Of a DNA stretch of 64,000 nucleotides, positions 35,947-50,785 are shown one piece after another. Position numbers and translations under genes: made by a program. The DNA comes from Orbicella franksi (taxonomy: Eukaryota), in NCBI GenBank assembly GCA_964199315.1, contig OZ116699.1, forward strand, positions 2,232,001 to 2,296,000, written 5' to 3'. A model generated the notes under the pieces. It made no database searches, was not told the DNA's origin, and worked only from the letters and a program-made list of their open reading frames with translations. Each line of letters begins with the position of its first letter. Position 1 is the first letter of the stretch.

Positions 35947-38900
35947 CTTCGTCCTGTCGCTCTGCTATTAATAAAGGGATCTGATATTTTCTCCAGGTAG
36001 GTCTTGGCTCGTTTCTTTGTGGTCAGTTACGCCAAGAGTAGATGCCTCGGATCGTCACGATTTTAAATGTCCAAGAGTTTGCAGTTAACAGCTGTGAATC
36101 TCTAAGAACACGCAGAGTAGTCTAATCCAATGATGATTTGATAAATGGTCCCAGGAGGAAATTATCAACTCTTCATGTCACCGAGTCCACATTTCTTGAG
36201 TGAAAAATACCTTGTTACCTGGTCGGGTTTCAAATAGTCTTCAAATGATTCCGCGACTTTGAGGAAGATAATAAAAGACGAAAAATGGATCGCAGATCAG
36301 TTCTTAGAAATCACTCTTCTGTTTGTTCGCTCAAATGACATACTCGAGTGTAGAGAGGAGAGCGCTCTCAAGCGATCGCCGACCTCAGCTGACCTCTCGT
36401 TCTGCACAGTGCAAGACTTACCAAGGCGCCATGTACAACTGAATGAGTTATAAAATGCGTTCTCTGTTTAAATAGAATCCTGGCTCTGCCCAAGAAACTT
36501 GCTGAGGCCAATAATCTCGATGTTATTTCGCTGGAACGCCAAAGGAAACAATGTTCGTGCCTCCTGTGAGCTGAGGTTAATTGCTTTTCCTGATTCCACC
36601 AAAACAAGCTGAGAGGGAAAAAACCACAAATTAATGAGTGATAACTATATATTTGCGTGAAATCTCCACTTCTTTAGCACTTTGTTTAAATCCGATTCCA
36701 TTTTCCAACCAAACAAACAAAGATAAGAAAGCGGCCGCCTCAAATGTTTGAAACCAAAATAACACTCGAGAGTGGTTCGTGAGTGTAAAGTTTCACTGAT
36801 CTCGGAAACCACCCATATCCACGCATGGTAAACTTGCATTTGTCGGAAACTATATAGACAAACTGAACTTCGACAAATAATGATTTCCAAATAGGGGTAA
36901 ACAGAACCTTGAAAGCATGAAAACTAACATGAAAGCTTCGTAATTACGGGCCCCAACTCTCTTGCCTCAGTTCGCATCTTTTTTCAAACATAATTTTAGC
37001 AAAAGGAACTGTCGCTGGCGTTTTTTTCAATTTAAGATCAAGGAATTTCAACCCTGGCTTTTGTTCCAACGTGTTCTATTGCTGTCAACTGATGACGGGG
37101 ATCAATAGCAATTTTACAATAATCGAATGCAGGTGATCCCGTGCAATTTACCGTTGAATCGCAATGAACGACATTTCTTGATGGTCGAAGCTTCTCGCAC
37201 CCATAGACTGGGAGTTTCAAGTTCTTGTGTGAGGGTTACCTCTAACAGGGATAAGGAACCCGTTTCTTCTTGTTTACGTTTTACCAATTTTATAACAAAA
37301 GACAAAGAGAACACCGCAGTAAACAGGGCAGCGAAACTGGTCTGTCTCTCCCCAAACTAGTCATTAAAACTCTAATGATACACTACAATTGTTGAGGTAG
37401 AACGGACTTTAGAACATACCTGCTGGAGCCGTTTGTAGTGTAGTCTTTAAGCCTATAGCTGACTCGTTATTGACAAAACCAGAGCGTACACAAGTCCTAT
37501 GCAAATTTTGCTTTGTGATGACGGATAACAATCACTTTCACTTAAAGCTGATTACGCCATGTTTTTGATACCAGCTGCTTCAGAGACGTTTCCGACAGAA
37601 AGTTGAAATATAGTTTTTCGCAAATTGTCGCTCTCTGTAAACCTTTAAACGACCCGCATGAATATTCTTCAAAATTCAGCTTCAAAATGGTCAAACATCT
37701 ACAAATCTTTACCACGCGAGAAAGAAAAACAGATTTTCTTTTGTAAACGATGAAGTACTCGGTTTAATCTTTCCCTATTTGCCGTAATGGTCTGCGTAAA
37801 CAAAAACTAAATCTGGACAAAGAGTTTTGAATACTGGTAAAATGACTATCAAATCCCAAGGAACAACAAGAGAAATCCCTCGGGTAATCGTGAACGCAAA
37901 AGAGATCAATAGGGAGGATTAAGAAGGAGTGAACGAAAGTCAGGTATGGTAAAATAATAAACGCGTATCTATCGCTGCCTAATTAAAAGAGCGAATGTTA
38001 TTTGCGTGCCCGTTTGATGTGCAGTCAGTCATTCCTGCAATAATAATTTACCTTGGCGTTGACTTTTTGCAGACCCCAGGAATGACACCGACTTTCAAAT
38101 CCCGAGCAGTCCGCTTATTTCACGTATTTACTTCCCGGCATATTAACCACTAACGGTATTTCTCAACGTTACGACCCGCGTGATAAATCATGTAAAAGAG
38201 CCGCTTCGTTGCTCGGTAAACATTCACGACTGGCATTCACAACACGTCTGAAAGCTCTCCAGAAACTCAACGAATGCGGCCGTAAAAATAAAAACGCACA
38301 TCGTATTTTTCTCACGCTTCTTGAAATTTCGTTAAGTGCGCGCCTTTCCTAAATTTTGATGAGCAATTTATTTGAAATAAGCTCGTCAATACCGTTTAGT
38401 GGTATTTTATTGTGGGGTGCCAGGTTGATCGATTCCTGATGAGCGCTATCTGCACACGACATATTTTACTGTTTGTGTCTAGGAAAAGATCTATATCAAA
38501 GTGTTCCTTAGGCCCGAGGGTATTTTGGTGCCTTCTGTCCTTGCAATGCAGTGTCTTATCATAAAGAGGAAACTTTTTATTTCAAAGATGATCTGAAGAT
38601 ACAATAGAAGAACCAACATGACTGTACCAGCTGTACTGCATCATACAAACATACAACTTTCTCCCATTCTCTGTACGAGTGATGTTGATATCCAACCTGA
38701 CTTGAACATAACGCCGGGCTAGATATGTCCGTCTGTAAGTTTATGTCGGCCTGCTGTGAAATAAAGTCAAACGCGATTCAAGTATAACCCATCCGGCAAA
38801 AAGATGGCTCTTACTTTTCTATATAATTCGCAAGAGACTAGCGTTCTTTGGTATTAGAAGTAATTTTTCAATGACAAAGTTCGTGCACTTCTACCACCTC

Positions 38901-41900
38901 CCGCGGTTCAGTGATCTATAATTTACCTCTGTCTTGTGGAGCGAATACGCTTCTATTCAATACCACGAAAGTGGCGATAAAAGAGCCAGACCAATCTTTT
39001 CAAATCGGTCTGAAAGAACACGCAATACCGTCCAGTTTTCTTTTGAGTCACTGAAGCTCCCGCACGGAACCGATAAAAGTGCAGATGAGATTCGTGGCCT
39101 GCAGGCGAGTAAATTTGACACGTCACTCCATGGAGAGAAAATATCAAATGTTTTGGAAAACCGTATCGCGTGTTAAGGCACTGGATTAATGAAACTTCAA
39201 AGGGTTGCCGCGTATCTTTGGGGAGAACTACCCGTAAATACCAAGCGAATCAGCAACTGTCTGCCCTGAAGCTTATGAAAAACAAGCCATAGTATGACAC
39301 CAGTTAAAGAGATTTTTTAAGGTAGCTCTGGTAGGCAATGTAATCTGTGCCGCCATTGACACCGAAAAAATGTAATCTGCAGTATAAAATCTAAAGATCA
39401 CCTCTAAATAATTTATTTGCATCAGTCGGTCATTTTTTCGACCAATATTTACCGGACAGAAAATTTATCTACCTATTGGCATCGAACGATAGACTGTGAA
39501 TTAAGGTGCACAACATGAAAATGGGACGCTGAGATTGAAGCCATAATATGATTTTCAGAAACAAAGAATAAACCCCAATGACCCTCACTAAGACAGATGG
39601 CCTTTAATAACATCAACATCGGCTATTTAGTAGTTGTGGTCTCTCCATTAAATAAAAGGCAGACAATGTGAAAGCCTAATAAAAAGCTAGACGGGAGATT
39701 CTCTTTTTAATTAACAACACGAGTGGGGTCTTACGCCTGTAATCACGGCTATATTTATATGTGAAATATAAAACATTGAGTAACATGGGAAAATCACTGA
39801 GCTTCTTGTTAGGTGGAAAACAAGGGAAATACAGTGAGATGAAGTTTGAAAACGGGGGATTTTAATAGTTTTTTTTTTGATAATATGTTTTTTTTTTCCT
39901 ATAGACAGTATCGTCAGCCAGCGAGGATAATCTTGAATTCAGATTGAAAGAACTTAAAAATGATGAAAATATAGAGACAAATACTAATATAGAATATACA
40001 GTAGTCCTAGCTGGCATTGCTTTTTTGTGCCCGGGGCCTCTTGATCGCCTTAACTGCTATTGCTTGGCAGTTTGGATTAAATGAAAGTCTTAAGCAGTTC
40101 TCGAGCAATAATAACTCAAAATCTGTTAAGTACTCGAGGGGGCAGAGAAACTATTTCCAATCTCGAGAGCGTACCTTAAGATTAAATCTGGATCAAAGCA
40201 AAATTTAAAATTAACACCAATATCTTTTGGAATATTACAGCTCGAAGAGATGAGCGGAAACCAGCTTGGACATCTCAAAGAAAAATGCAGATGAAATACA
40301 AATTGATCATCCGGCAAAATCCACTTTGCTACTTAAGTGAAAATTAGTTCGATGTAATATCGTGGAGAAATTTTGCTAGAAATAAAATCAGTTTATTGAG
40401 TTGATACCATGCATGAGAGCCCAGCATTAAACTTCAACACTCTAAAATCATAACGAAAACCTTTTTTTTTTAATCTTTTTTAAGTCCTCATTTTCGTAAA
40501 CGCAATTTCAGTTGTCAATAGTGAGTTTTCTGTTGAGACCAGTGCAAATAACATGGTGACAAAAAATGATAAGGCATATTCAAACACTCGGCAGCGCTTT
40601 TCGAGATTTTCATTTAAAACTCCTAGAGGCCAAACTCGCCGGCTCAAGTATTACGTTCGAGAGCGGCTGAGCGGTATTAACCGTAGCAGTACAAGCAAAA
40701 TCTTTGTCAGGCGAATCTTAACTTATTATAATCATTAACAAAAAGTTCACCTTATGCATGGCAAACGCAGACAGTGTTTGCGGGAGACAGAACCTTTTTT
40801 GCCCCGCTGATTTCATTAATGCCGTATACACCGATTCCATCGTCTTAAAATTTTTGCCCGCGTCCGTGTACACAAAGACCAATTTTAATGAAGAAAATTT
40901 TAAAAAACTTACAAACCTATCTTGGTCTGTTGGTGAGAAATCTTTGGCAGTTGATAAAGATTGTAAGCGTGTCATGTGAAGCCAAATGGAACATCACTGG
41001 ATAGAGAGAAACGTCGATAGCAGAAGGTCTGTCGCCGGTTCCACTCTCGCGCCAAGACAATCAATTCTTGGAAAATTGAAGTTGGTACACAAAACAATTT
41101 ATTGCACCACGTCAACAACATCTACCTATCTTTGGCGCAAAAGGTTTAAATCTAAAATTTAATAAATGGATAGACCACTCAGGAAATGGTGAATAAATAG
41201 CGTTTGATTTGCATCTGATTGGTGGCATTCTTAGTCGCAGCTGCCAAAGGTTTAATATCACTCGCTATCGCCTCGCTGACTGCAAGCATAGGGCAACTCC
41301 GCACGCTACTGATGTGTGATTTTTTTTTTATCGTCGACAACAAATATCGTTTCCTATTTTTACTTTTACTGAATAATTGCATCCCCTCCTCTCTGATAAT
41401 CCCCGCTAGCGTTAATGTAGCCAACTGGACTAGGATTTTCTACAGGGAACGTCGCAAAGCAACATGGCGCATACAGACGTCCTGTTTCTTAGCAACAGCA
41501 ATACAGTGACTAGGTGAAAAGCTCACGTGTCACCTCATGTAGTGCTATATTGGAGAAATAGAATCTCTTTGGGAACTTGTAATATTAAAATTTTAGATAA
41601 TAGCGCATTGAAATGTAAAATACGAGCACTTGTTGGCAACCTGCGTGAAAGACGCTGATGAATTTTAAGGTGGTCTTAAATTTAAAGTGCATCGTGAGCT
41701 GAATGTTTCAAGGGAACAATTTTATTGCATTAGTAACAAATGATAAAATTCTATGCTAAATACGCTTGGAGATTTTTTAGCCTTAAGTAAAAAGGCTGAC
41801 GTTTTAAATATCACAAAACTCGCCTTCGTTCAGCGCAGTCTCAACACAGAAAAATCGACACCGTTACCTCGTGATAGAACCCATTTCAACATATATGCGC

Positions 41901-43084
41901 AACTACAAAAGTTATATGACATTTTGTTTGCAAAACGGTTTTTCTTTATCATAAATGAAACTAAGCACTATAGATTCCGACTGGGACTTAAATGAAGTAA
42001 GGAAATTAAACGAAATTACTTCGATCACAGTGTCATTTGAATAGCACTCTTCTTGTGCGCCCATTAGGGAGTTTAATATATACTCATTTATCACTCAGGG
42101 ACGGAGCAGGCCGCACTCTTGGGCGTCTGACATCCCGTTTGCGTGTTTAAACGGTCCCTCATTATCACTTTAATGAATCTTCCTGAATTTGTAGTAGCTT
42201 AGTTAGCTATAACTGATTTTAAGGGACTTCCCTACTCTCTGAATCTACACCTTCTTTGTCACATCATACTGTTTCGTGGTGATCTCGCATGCCAGGGCAG
42301 TTGAAGTCCTAGAGAGCACTAAAAGAACGAGTTTTTTTTTTTTTGTCTTGTGTGGCTTCGTTTACCTAAAATCCCAGCAGGAATGTATAAAGCCAATTCT
42401 TATTCATTGGCGAGATTATTAAAAACAAAACAGCAGCTTCCAGGCAATTTTTGGAAATGCAAGAGTCGTCCCTCATCGCTTGCAATATTTATTTTCTTTC
42501 TGTTTAATTTATGAGTACATCACAGATCTTACGAAGCTAAGTTTAAAGGTATTCACTGGAAACGTTAGCTGTGCACGTCTTCAAAAGGGGGTGGATAATT
42601 CACGTAGCAACCCTTGGTACAGTTGATACCCAAGGGTAGCACATAATATCGTTGAATGCGAAACCAACCAAAAATTCATCAGCTTTTTTAACGCAAGCTT
42701 GGCAAACAAGTACTGTGCGTGTGTTTTGGGAAAAAATTCCAATGGTCGACCGGTAGGTAAAAATTTAAATTTACCTTCAGATTCTGATTATGACAACTGA
42801 AACTAAAAGAACAAATCAGCACTCTGAGAGGTGTCACGTGAGCTTGTCATCATCATTATTGTTACTAACCCAATTGATGTGAATTAATGTCACTCAAGCA
42901 CCGATCGAAGTTTTCAATTTGGGTTTGCGTCACATACTTACCATCTATATCATCTCTAACATTTTCTAAACAGAGTTTTCAGTATTGTTAATTATTGTTT
43001 CTGTTGTTGGTGTTCTTCCGATTCGTATCGTTTTATCGGAACAGCAGAAGTACCCCCGACGGAAAGCTTTCGTTTTTGAAGCAT

Positions 43085-43140
43085 CCAAGAACACAACACA
43101 AGGCTCGAACCCCAACCGCTCGATTTGGATCGAGGCCATC
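43085..43140 (-). mobile_element. SINE 5' (tRNA-like head) fragment
   Basis: CAAGAACACAACACAAGGCTCGAACCCC.. is the reverse complement of a B-box-like GGTTCGAGCC head of the family seen at 53297. Confidence 0.45.
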
Positions 43141-44019
43141 ACGTAATCCACAAGATCACCACGCCTGAAAAACTTGATCAGTCTTTGAATATACCTGAAA
43201 GATGATCGCCTCTGGAACACAAACTTAATTCCAATTGCAATTAGATTCCGGGAATTTGAATAACGTTACTAGGGGGAAAGCAGTCGAGATTGTTTATCAG
43301 CCATCAACGTTTTGAATTTTCAGCACAAACAATGCTTGAAATGACAATTAAACCCGTTTCGAAGGAGTTCAATTCACTGAGCTAAAATCTATTGAGAAAC
43401 AAAAGGCCGGAAGAAAAGGAAGTGAGATGAGATGCTGTTTGCGCGGTTCAGAAATGTGTTACACGATACCGTATCGAAATAAGCTAGTGTACGGAGTGAC
43501 AACCCTTCGTTTCTGAATCTTTCAGGAAAACGACTTTTTGGCTACTTTGGTAAAAGGTCTTTAAATTCTTTTTCTTGTTTGGCTAATTAAAGATTACGTT
43601 TTTTTCCTCAGTCAAATTAAAATAAACTGATTCACCTTGGAATGATTGCCAATCTTCTTACAGTATGAAGATTGTTTTTCTTTATTATTGCTACTTGGTT
43701 TTGTTTTTCTTTTAATTTTCCTGATAAACTGACTTAGGTATTCAAAGGACTCAGTATAACATACGAATTCGGCCCTGGTAAAAGCCATGCAACAGTATTT
43801 GGAGACTTCTCTTGGGAAATGGTTAACGGACAACATATGCCAGAGGACGCCTTGTGAAAGGGGCCGTAATAAAGTTGACTAGTTTATACGATTCTTCTTT
43901 GTATCAAACCCCGAAGAAATTTGAAATCACCTCTCCGATTAATATTGGTCCATACTGCTGAGCTATGTGGCCGTAGAAGCTATTCATACCCAAAATATCA
44001 CAAGGATGTCTACCAGGTG

Positions 44020-44147
44020 TAGAGGTTTTGCATTGAAGTCACGTTTCATGGAACAATGAAACTGTTTTGCATTAAACAACATTTTTTCCATAGGAAAAAT
44101 AATCTACTGTTCCTGCCATGCAAAATGGCTGCCGTGCAAAACCTCTA
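44020..44147. mobile_element. Short MITE with TAGAGGTTTTGCA TIRs
   Basis: 13-bp perfect inverted termini; no clear TSD. Confidence 0.65.
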
Positions 44148-47100
44148 TTAATTTTACAACAAATGTAGTGGTTTAAAACGGAACTAAAAACTAACTTGAA
44201 AGCCTTCCAGTAAGAAAACGGACGGGAAAATGGGAAATAGGAAACGATTGAAGGCTACTTGCGGAGAAATCGCCAAGATATAATAAATTATTTCCGTAAC
44301 AAGTGCATGACAATATTCATTTTTTTCTTTATTTCGCGCTTTTTCATGTCTCCAAACTGTTTATGCACGTCGTGAGACAACGATTTATTATTAATAGGTG
44401 CGTGGTCTATGCGAAAAAGAGTGGATATATGAAGAACACATTGTTACAAGGATTTTGATATTATTGATTTAATATAGGATGGTTTTATCTCTCAACTTAC
44501 GTCCAATTTTTTAAATTTGGTTTGATTAAATATCACGGCAGTCGATCTGCATAAAAGATGGACCAACAAATTTATTTCAGAAATGTGCGGTTAATAAATT
44601 TAAAGTTTCTCTTTTGGAGATGGAATTTTTCTTCTTGAGTCCGCCAATTAGTTGCATGCATAGAAAAGATGCCTTCAAGTCTCTAATATTATTATTATTT
44701 TACCCGCCCTGTCGACGAACAGTCTCTTAAAGGAAAGAAATGTGCCAGAAACTGGAGACAGTTAAAACAAATATTGATAATAAATGAACCACAAAGAAGG
44801 CTCAGTATAGTTACCTTTGGGTGTGATTCAATCTTCGTTTCTTGTTGCACGCGGCCAGTGTTATGTGAAAATTGAGTTTCTGGGCAAAAACTGTCTAACG
44901 TACTTCGGACAAGATTAAGAAGGACGGAGTTACGAATACAGCTGCATCCGAGAACCTTTTAAAATCTATTATTGGTCTAACATCTAGAGAAAATATGCTG
45001 TCTCGACACTACTGAGACCCAACTGACGCCAGAACTCTTGCCACATTAATGAAAAAAACACACCTCCTGTGAATTGATGCACTCCGCAAAACCATCGAAC
45101 CCAGCATGTCGCAAAACAAATAATACACAACACACCGCGGACTCTAAATCCCATGAAGGCCGTTAACACATTTGCTATATTCTTATTTTGCAATTAGTAA
45201 GAAACTAATTATGTTTTTCTGCCAAATTGAGCGTCTGCCAGCGAGTTCGTGAGAAAACCTGCATGATTGTATTCATTTCGGATTATTAAACTCGTCTTGC
45301 TAAAACTGTTTCTTGATTGTCGAGAACATTCGTGCTGTGTTTACATAAACTAAATGCACTTCAAGTATAAGGAAGTGAAGTGTTTTGGAAATGACCTGCA
45401 GATGAGATCGGCATGATAAACAGACCCATTGGCTCTTGAAAATAACAAAAGTTATCTTATTAATGTCTTCATAAGTGGCTGATCACGCAGAACACGCAAG
45501 ACCTGTTATAAATAACAAAGAGATTAACTTAATGTTCTTAAGAAGACGAGTGTTCTGCCAATTGCTCCAAGTTGTGGCGTTTCTGAAAAACTTAAGGCAC
45601 CTGAACCTGCTGTATTTCTGTTTAATTAGCTTGCACTTAAATCTCAGTGATGAAATAAATGTGTTAAAAAGAATTAGAAAAACAAATTTCAAATTACGTC
45701 CAGTATTTTTGATTTAGTTTGCCTAAAAATTTATTAGCTTATTGAACTTTCTGACGAACAAAGGAAATTAATTCAGTGCCAGATGTGCGTTACCTCTCCA
45801 AAACATGGCCTCGACTTTTTAGGGTCTGCTAAAAAATATATCAATTTGATTGCTTGTCGATCGATTTTGGCAATGGCTTATGTTCTCCCATCTAGACTGG
45901 CTGTATATTCTCTTCATGCTGGCTGTAAGTGGACCTTTTTAACAAGTTTTCAGTCCCAATTTAACTGCTTTTTCATAGGCGTTTCACGGGCTTTTTAACA
46001 TTGGAATTATCTTCTATCAGCGCAGTTTCATTTTTCATTTTTGAGTTTCAATTCGTTTTATGTTGACATCCGTTAGTAGTCTAGCCCGGCTATAGTTGCT
46101 GAGTTTGGTGCAGCCCGCAGATTCATGTACAGATATCATTGCTTTCAGACCGTTTTAGCATTCCTCAACAAAAACCATCATTCAATAAAACAAAATATGA
46201 ACGAACTGGTGTCTTAAGAAATCAAAACCCTTCTTCCTAACGTACCGAGACAAATTTCTAGCGCTGCAGACGTTTGTTTTATTCTTAGACATTATAGGGC
46301 CGCACAATATGTTTGACGATATTGCAAGCTGCTTGAAACAGGGCAGACATGAAAATTATTGATTTGAATTCATTGTTTTAGACTTCTTAATTTCATACGT
46401 GCTGGGCCATCAGTATCTTCGGGTTTAAACTGAATTATAAACTATTTTCATCATATGCGTTTAACTCTAGATCTATAAAAGTTAGTTTTTGTCACTTTTA
46501 ACAACCAAGGTAATTTTAAAAATTTTGCGATTGAATTATTAAGTAAACAAAAGGGCCTCCCGAGGTCATGCAATTTTAATTTTGCCTTAATTCATTATCA
46601 TCAAGAAATCTCCCGTATAGGTCTTATTCCCAATGAATTCTTTAGAGGTTATTTTTAGATCATTTCGTGGCTTCAGAAATCCCACGAGGTTCTTCACAGA
46701 AAGAGCCAATCCCGCGACGCGACTCACGTGGGCAGTTTCAGTGGCTTTACAGACATATTCGTGGTAATACTACCTGAAGAAGAACTGGCTACCACGTCTA
46801 AAAATAACTTGAGAGAAATAACCTTGGGAATACCCTTCATCCTTTTCTGTCCATCTTGTATGCGCTAAGTCACCCCGTAGGCAATGAACCTAAGATTTGC
46901 TTTCGACGGAAATGAAACACGTATTCATGCCGTTATTGAACCGAATACAAAGAGTAAGAAAGCACAAGTGTGCCGAATAAACACATCAGTTTCAATCTGG
47001 TTAACCTCTGCCTATCAGTCAAGCTGTTCTGTGGTTTCTTGTCGATCGCTTTGTCATTAGAGTGTGCGGTTTCATGAGCTATTAAAACCAGTTTTTATCT

Positions 47101-49127
47101 CGTGTCGAAGATTCTTTTCAGACAAAAATGACGAGGAACTAGAGATAAAGTAAGAAGACATAGTAAAATCTTGCCCTTTCTTTAGTGAAATTTCTTGAAA
47201 TGCATGAAACTGGAAGGACTTGGAAGATGGAGGGGGCATCAAATTTACCACGAAAGGGTAAAGGGAAAATAACGAGCAGCTTGCACGTCACTAACAAATC
47301 ATTATCACTCACTTTGTTATTTTCATACCAACTCGTTATTTCCCGGTTATATATATATCTGTTATTTTCCTTATTATCGTAACGTTTGCCTGGATAGATT
47401 TGTTATTTTTGTCCAAGCTTGATTTTGTTCTTATTTCAGTTATTTTCGTTATTTCATTTGGTTTTTATATCGTTCTTCCTCTAAGTCCTTTGAATCGATG
47501 TTTTATTCTTGTGTTATTATAGTTGTTTCCTAAAAAAACCACCAACCCTTGTTGCCGGTTTTTGTTATTTTGAGTCGATTGCCTGCATATCTGGCCTAGC
47601 GAGTCTTTCCCATAGTCGAACCTCTAACTTATCGGTGATTCAGTGGACAAAAGCCGACATGTTCGCAGTTACCCCAAGTTTTCTTTACGAATATGTTCTG
47701 CCAAGAACGTAACATGATCAATGTTTGTTAAATGTTCACTAGCTATTGAAGGTATCGACAAAATATTTTCGGCGTGTATTACTGACAACTAAACTTTTAT
47801 TTTGTGAACTCGCTCACAGGAGAAATATTAAACAATCAGGATTGAAATTATGAATATTTTTTTGACTTCGAAAAGCTTCACGTGCCCCTACCATCAAACT
47901 TCAACAAACGTGGTAAACCATTAGCTGAGTGAAATAAACAAAAAAAGTAAATACTAAATGAATTTGCATCCCCCTAGATATTGTCAGTGCCTACGCAACC
48001 ATCTGGTTATAGAACCAAAAGTTAGGAAATCCTCTTCAACGAGGAAGGAAAATTAAACAAGGGAAAAACCTAAGTTGGAACGGACGTTGCCAGAAAAGAA
48101 CTATAATAATCCTCTACACCCAAAGACAAGAGATAACAGGTTCGAGTACTTACTGCTGAGGCAGAAATCTAGTTAACTAAACATGTAGTGCCTATATAAG
48201 TCCAAGAAGAAAACAGCATTGAAACTGGCAGTTAAGGCGAGCCATTCACTGCACCGCTTTTCAGACCTACATATGATATCGACATGTATAAAAAGAAACA
48301 TTTCCTCTCACGCAATCTTAACGCTCAACGTACAACAAGGAAATAAAACAAAAATACTTGTTTTATATAATTTATAAATACCTATCTCGATTAAAAACCT
48401 ACAACCTACGTTTAATTTAAATTACCTTGAAGATGCAGAATAATTGATGCCCACGCCAGTTAGCCTCCTTCTGCTAAATAGAACACATTAAGGCAAGCTG
48501 TTATCCAGAATTCAAACATAAGGGTAGCTGAGCTACGTATTTCAATATCAACTTTAATCCCGACGTTTTTGACAATATAATAAGTGCGGACGAAATTTAG
48601 AATAATACAGCTTTGCACATCACAGTAAGTTCCACTGTAAGGAAAACATCTTTCAATGCCAGTGTTCAACTAATGATTTGAACTTTGTTTTAACCAAACA
48701 TTACTGAATCTAAAGCATAATAAGTGGAGAGTTTTTTCCTCTGTATTTCGAAGCATATCGCTCACTTTACAGCCTTTGTTATAAAGTTACGCGTTGACAA
48801 TCAAACAGATCATAGCCACCTGCCTGTCGCCGCTCTTGCATATGTCCATTAAGATGTCAGTACGTTGACAAATTATCAGATATGTTTTGTTAACCACAAT
48901 CACAAAAATGACGAAACTGCGAATCCCATAGGTTCAGTTAACAGGTCCTATTTATCTTCAAATAAGAGCGGAAGCGGCTGAGGTGTCCAGTTACAAAGTG
49001 TTCAATTTCTTCAGTAACAAAATGCTCGTGCCCCATGTGCCCCGCACGCGCGTTTAATTTAGTTCTTTTATCATTGTGACTGAGTAATTACTCCTTCTTT
49101 ATACTCACAAACCTTTTCAGAGGTATA

Positions 49128-49462
49128 GGGTGCTTACCATTTGTCAGAATAAACCGGTTGGGATGACCGTTGTATAATGGTAAGGGTTTTTCCAAAATCA
49201 GCAAACCAACCGAACGAGATGGCGCTTACCATTTGCAATTCGATTTCTCGTAATTGTTTTCGGCTGATGAGAGACTGGGAACTGGAAAATTTACCAAATG
49301 GTAAGGAAATTTCCGCTGTTCCGTTCCGAATGGAAAAAGAGGACTACCTCTGAAGTGGGCTCTGAAGTTAGTCTACAATTTCCGGACGGATTTTCCGGAA
49401 GTACTGTTCCATTTGACTTTCAACCGAAATTTCCGGATTTTTTTGGTGAATGGTAAGCACCC
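49128..49462. mobile_element. PIF/Harbinger-type MITE (335 bp) with 3-bp TSD ATA
   Basis: GGGTGCTTACCATT...AATGGTAAGCACCC 14-bp perfect TIR; ATA at 49125-49127 and 49463-49465. Confidence 0.85.
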
Positions 49463-49555
49463 ATAGGCTTTCTAACTCGTCAGTTGTTGTCTAACAGACT
49501 TCGCCCTGTCCAACTTTTTTTTTTCTCGAATTTCTTTGTTTTTTGCCACCGTAAG

Positions 49556-49695
49556 GTATTGGTAACAGGACTTTGGGTTATCCCGAATTCTGTCTGAAAA
49601 CAAATTGAACTCCCGCTACGTGACGGTCCGATTTTGTTAATCACTGGTATGACTGTAGATAGAGTTGGAATGCACCCGGATTCTATTTACCATTA
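49556..49695. mobile_element. Degenerate palindromic MITE-like repeat
   Basis: GTATTGGTAACAGGA pairs imperfectly with TTCTATTTACCATTAC. Confidence 0.4.
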
Positions 49696-50175
49696 CTTAT
49701 CGTTTTGTTTTTTTAGTTCGTTTTATATCATTATTTAAACATGACATGGGTATTTCCAGGTCACGTAATGTATATTTCGCCCCTTTACTAAAACTCAATG
49801 TCAGGCGAAAAAAGTTACTTTTTCGCGGTTCTTGAATTTTGTAAGAATTGAATCTTAACATTTACTTCAATCTACGAATACTTGTTTGGAAACCGAAAAT
49901 AAAACGAAGTTTATCCAAGGTTGCATTATTTACCACGTGGCTACGAAACAGCCAATGATTGAGCGAGTGAGATCTGACTAGAACCAGCTATACTTGTATG
50001 TAAAACTAGTTAGATTCTACAGGGAAGGATTTATCCACTGGACAAAGTCTGAAGCCTGCGTGGAATGTTGGAATAATATAATGGCTACATCTTATGTACT
50101 TGAGGAAAAGCTGTTACTCAGTTTGAGAAGAAAAAACATATTTTCCAATAATATGCCTTTTATCCCTAACTTCTG

Positions 50176-50286
50176 CTTACAAATATAATTTATATATTTA
50201 TCCTTTACTTCTTACTAAAATCTTACAAATATAATTTATATATTTATTCTTTACCTTTTACTAAAATCTTACAAATATAATTATAC
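50176..50286. repeat. 46-bp AT-rich tandem repeat, ~2.4 copies
   Basis: CTTACAAATATAATTTATA at 50176, 50222 and 50268. Confidence 0.85.
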
Positions 50287-50785
50287 ACCAAGAAACAGAT
50301 AACAATAAAAATATTGGTAAATATTTTGAAAATCGATGCCTGAACTATTACATATACATAATGAACTTACATGTAACTTAACTCCTCTAGAAGGAAAGCT
50401 CTAAATTAATCTTTACAGTTCTAAATGAACAAAATTTATTGCAACTATGGATGTTTATCGATTTTCGCTAGGTACAAAAATAAACTGGTAAGTCTGCTTC
50501 TAATCTCTCTGTTGAGAGGGGCATCAATGGGATTTTTCAAAGATCTTTGTGCTGGTGGGGATTGGAGTGTTAAAGAAAGGAATTACGCCAATGTTCATAT
50601 GGAGACTATAAAATTCTCAAACAGAATGTTGAGAGTGAGGTGTACCAGAAACTGTTTCACACAATCGTACAAACAAGGCAAAGTATTCACAACATAATAT
50701 GGTAAAAAAGATGTCTTACAAAAGGACGAGAAGCCAAGAAGACAATGTCTTCTGCTAAAATAAGTCTGTATTGTAATGATAATTA

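Noticed and set aside
41484-41496. RFX X-box-like GTTTCTTAGCAAC near a CACGTG
   Set aside because: No adjacent gene start; one match of such a degenerate pattern in 64 kb is plausible by chance.
42088-42169. TTATCACT direct repeats flanking a short AGGGAC..GTCCCT segment
   Set aside because: Too short and AT-rich to call an 8-bp-TSD element without other copies.
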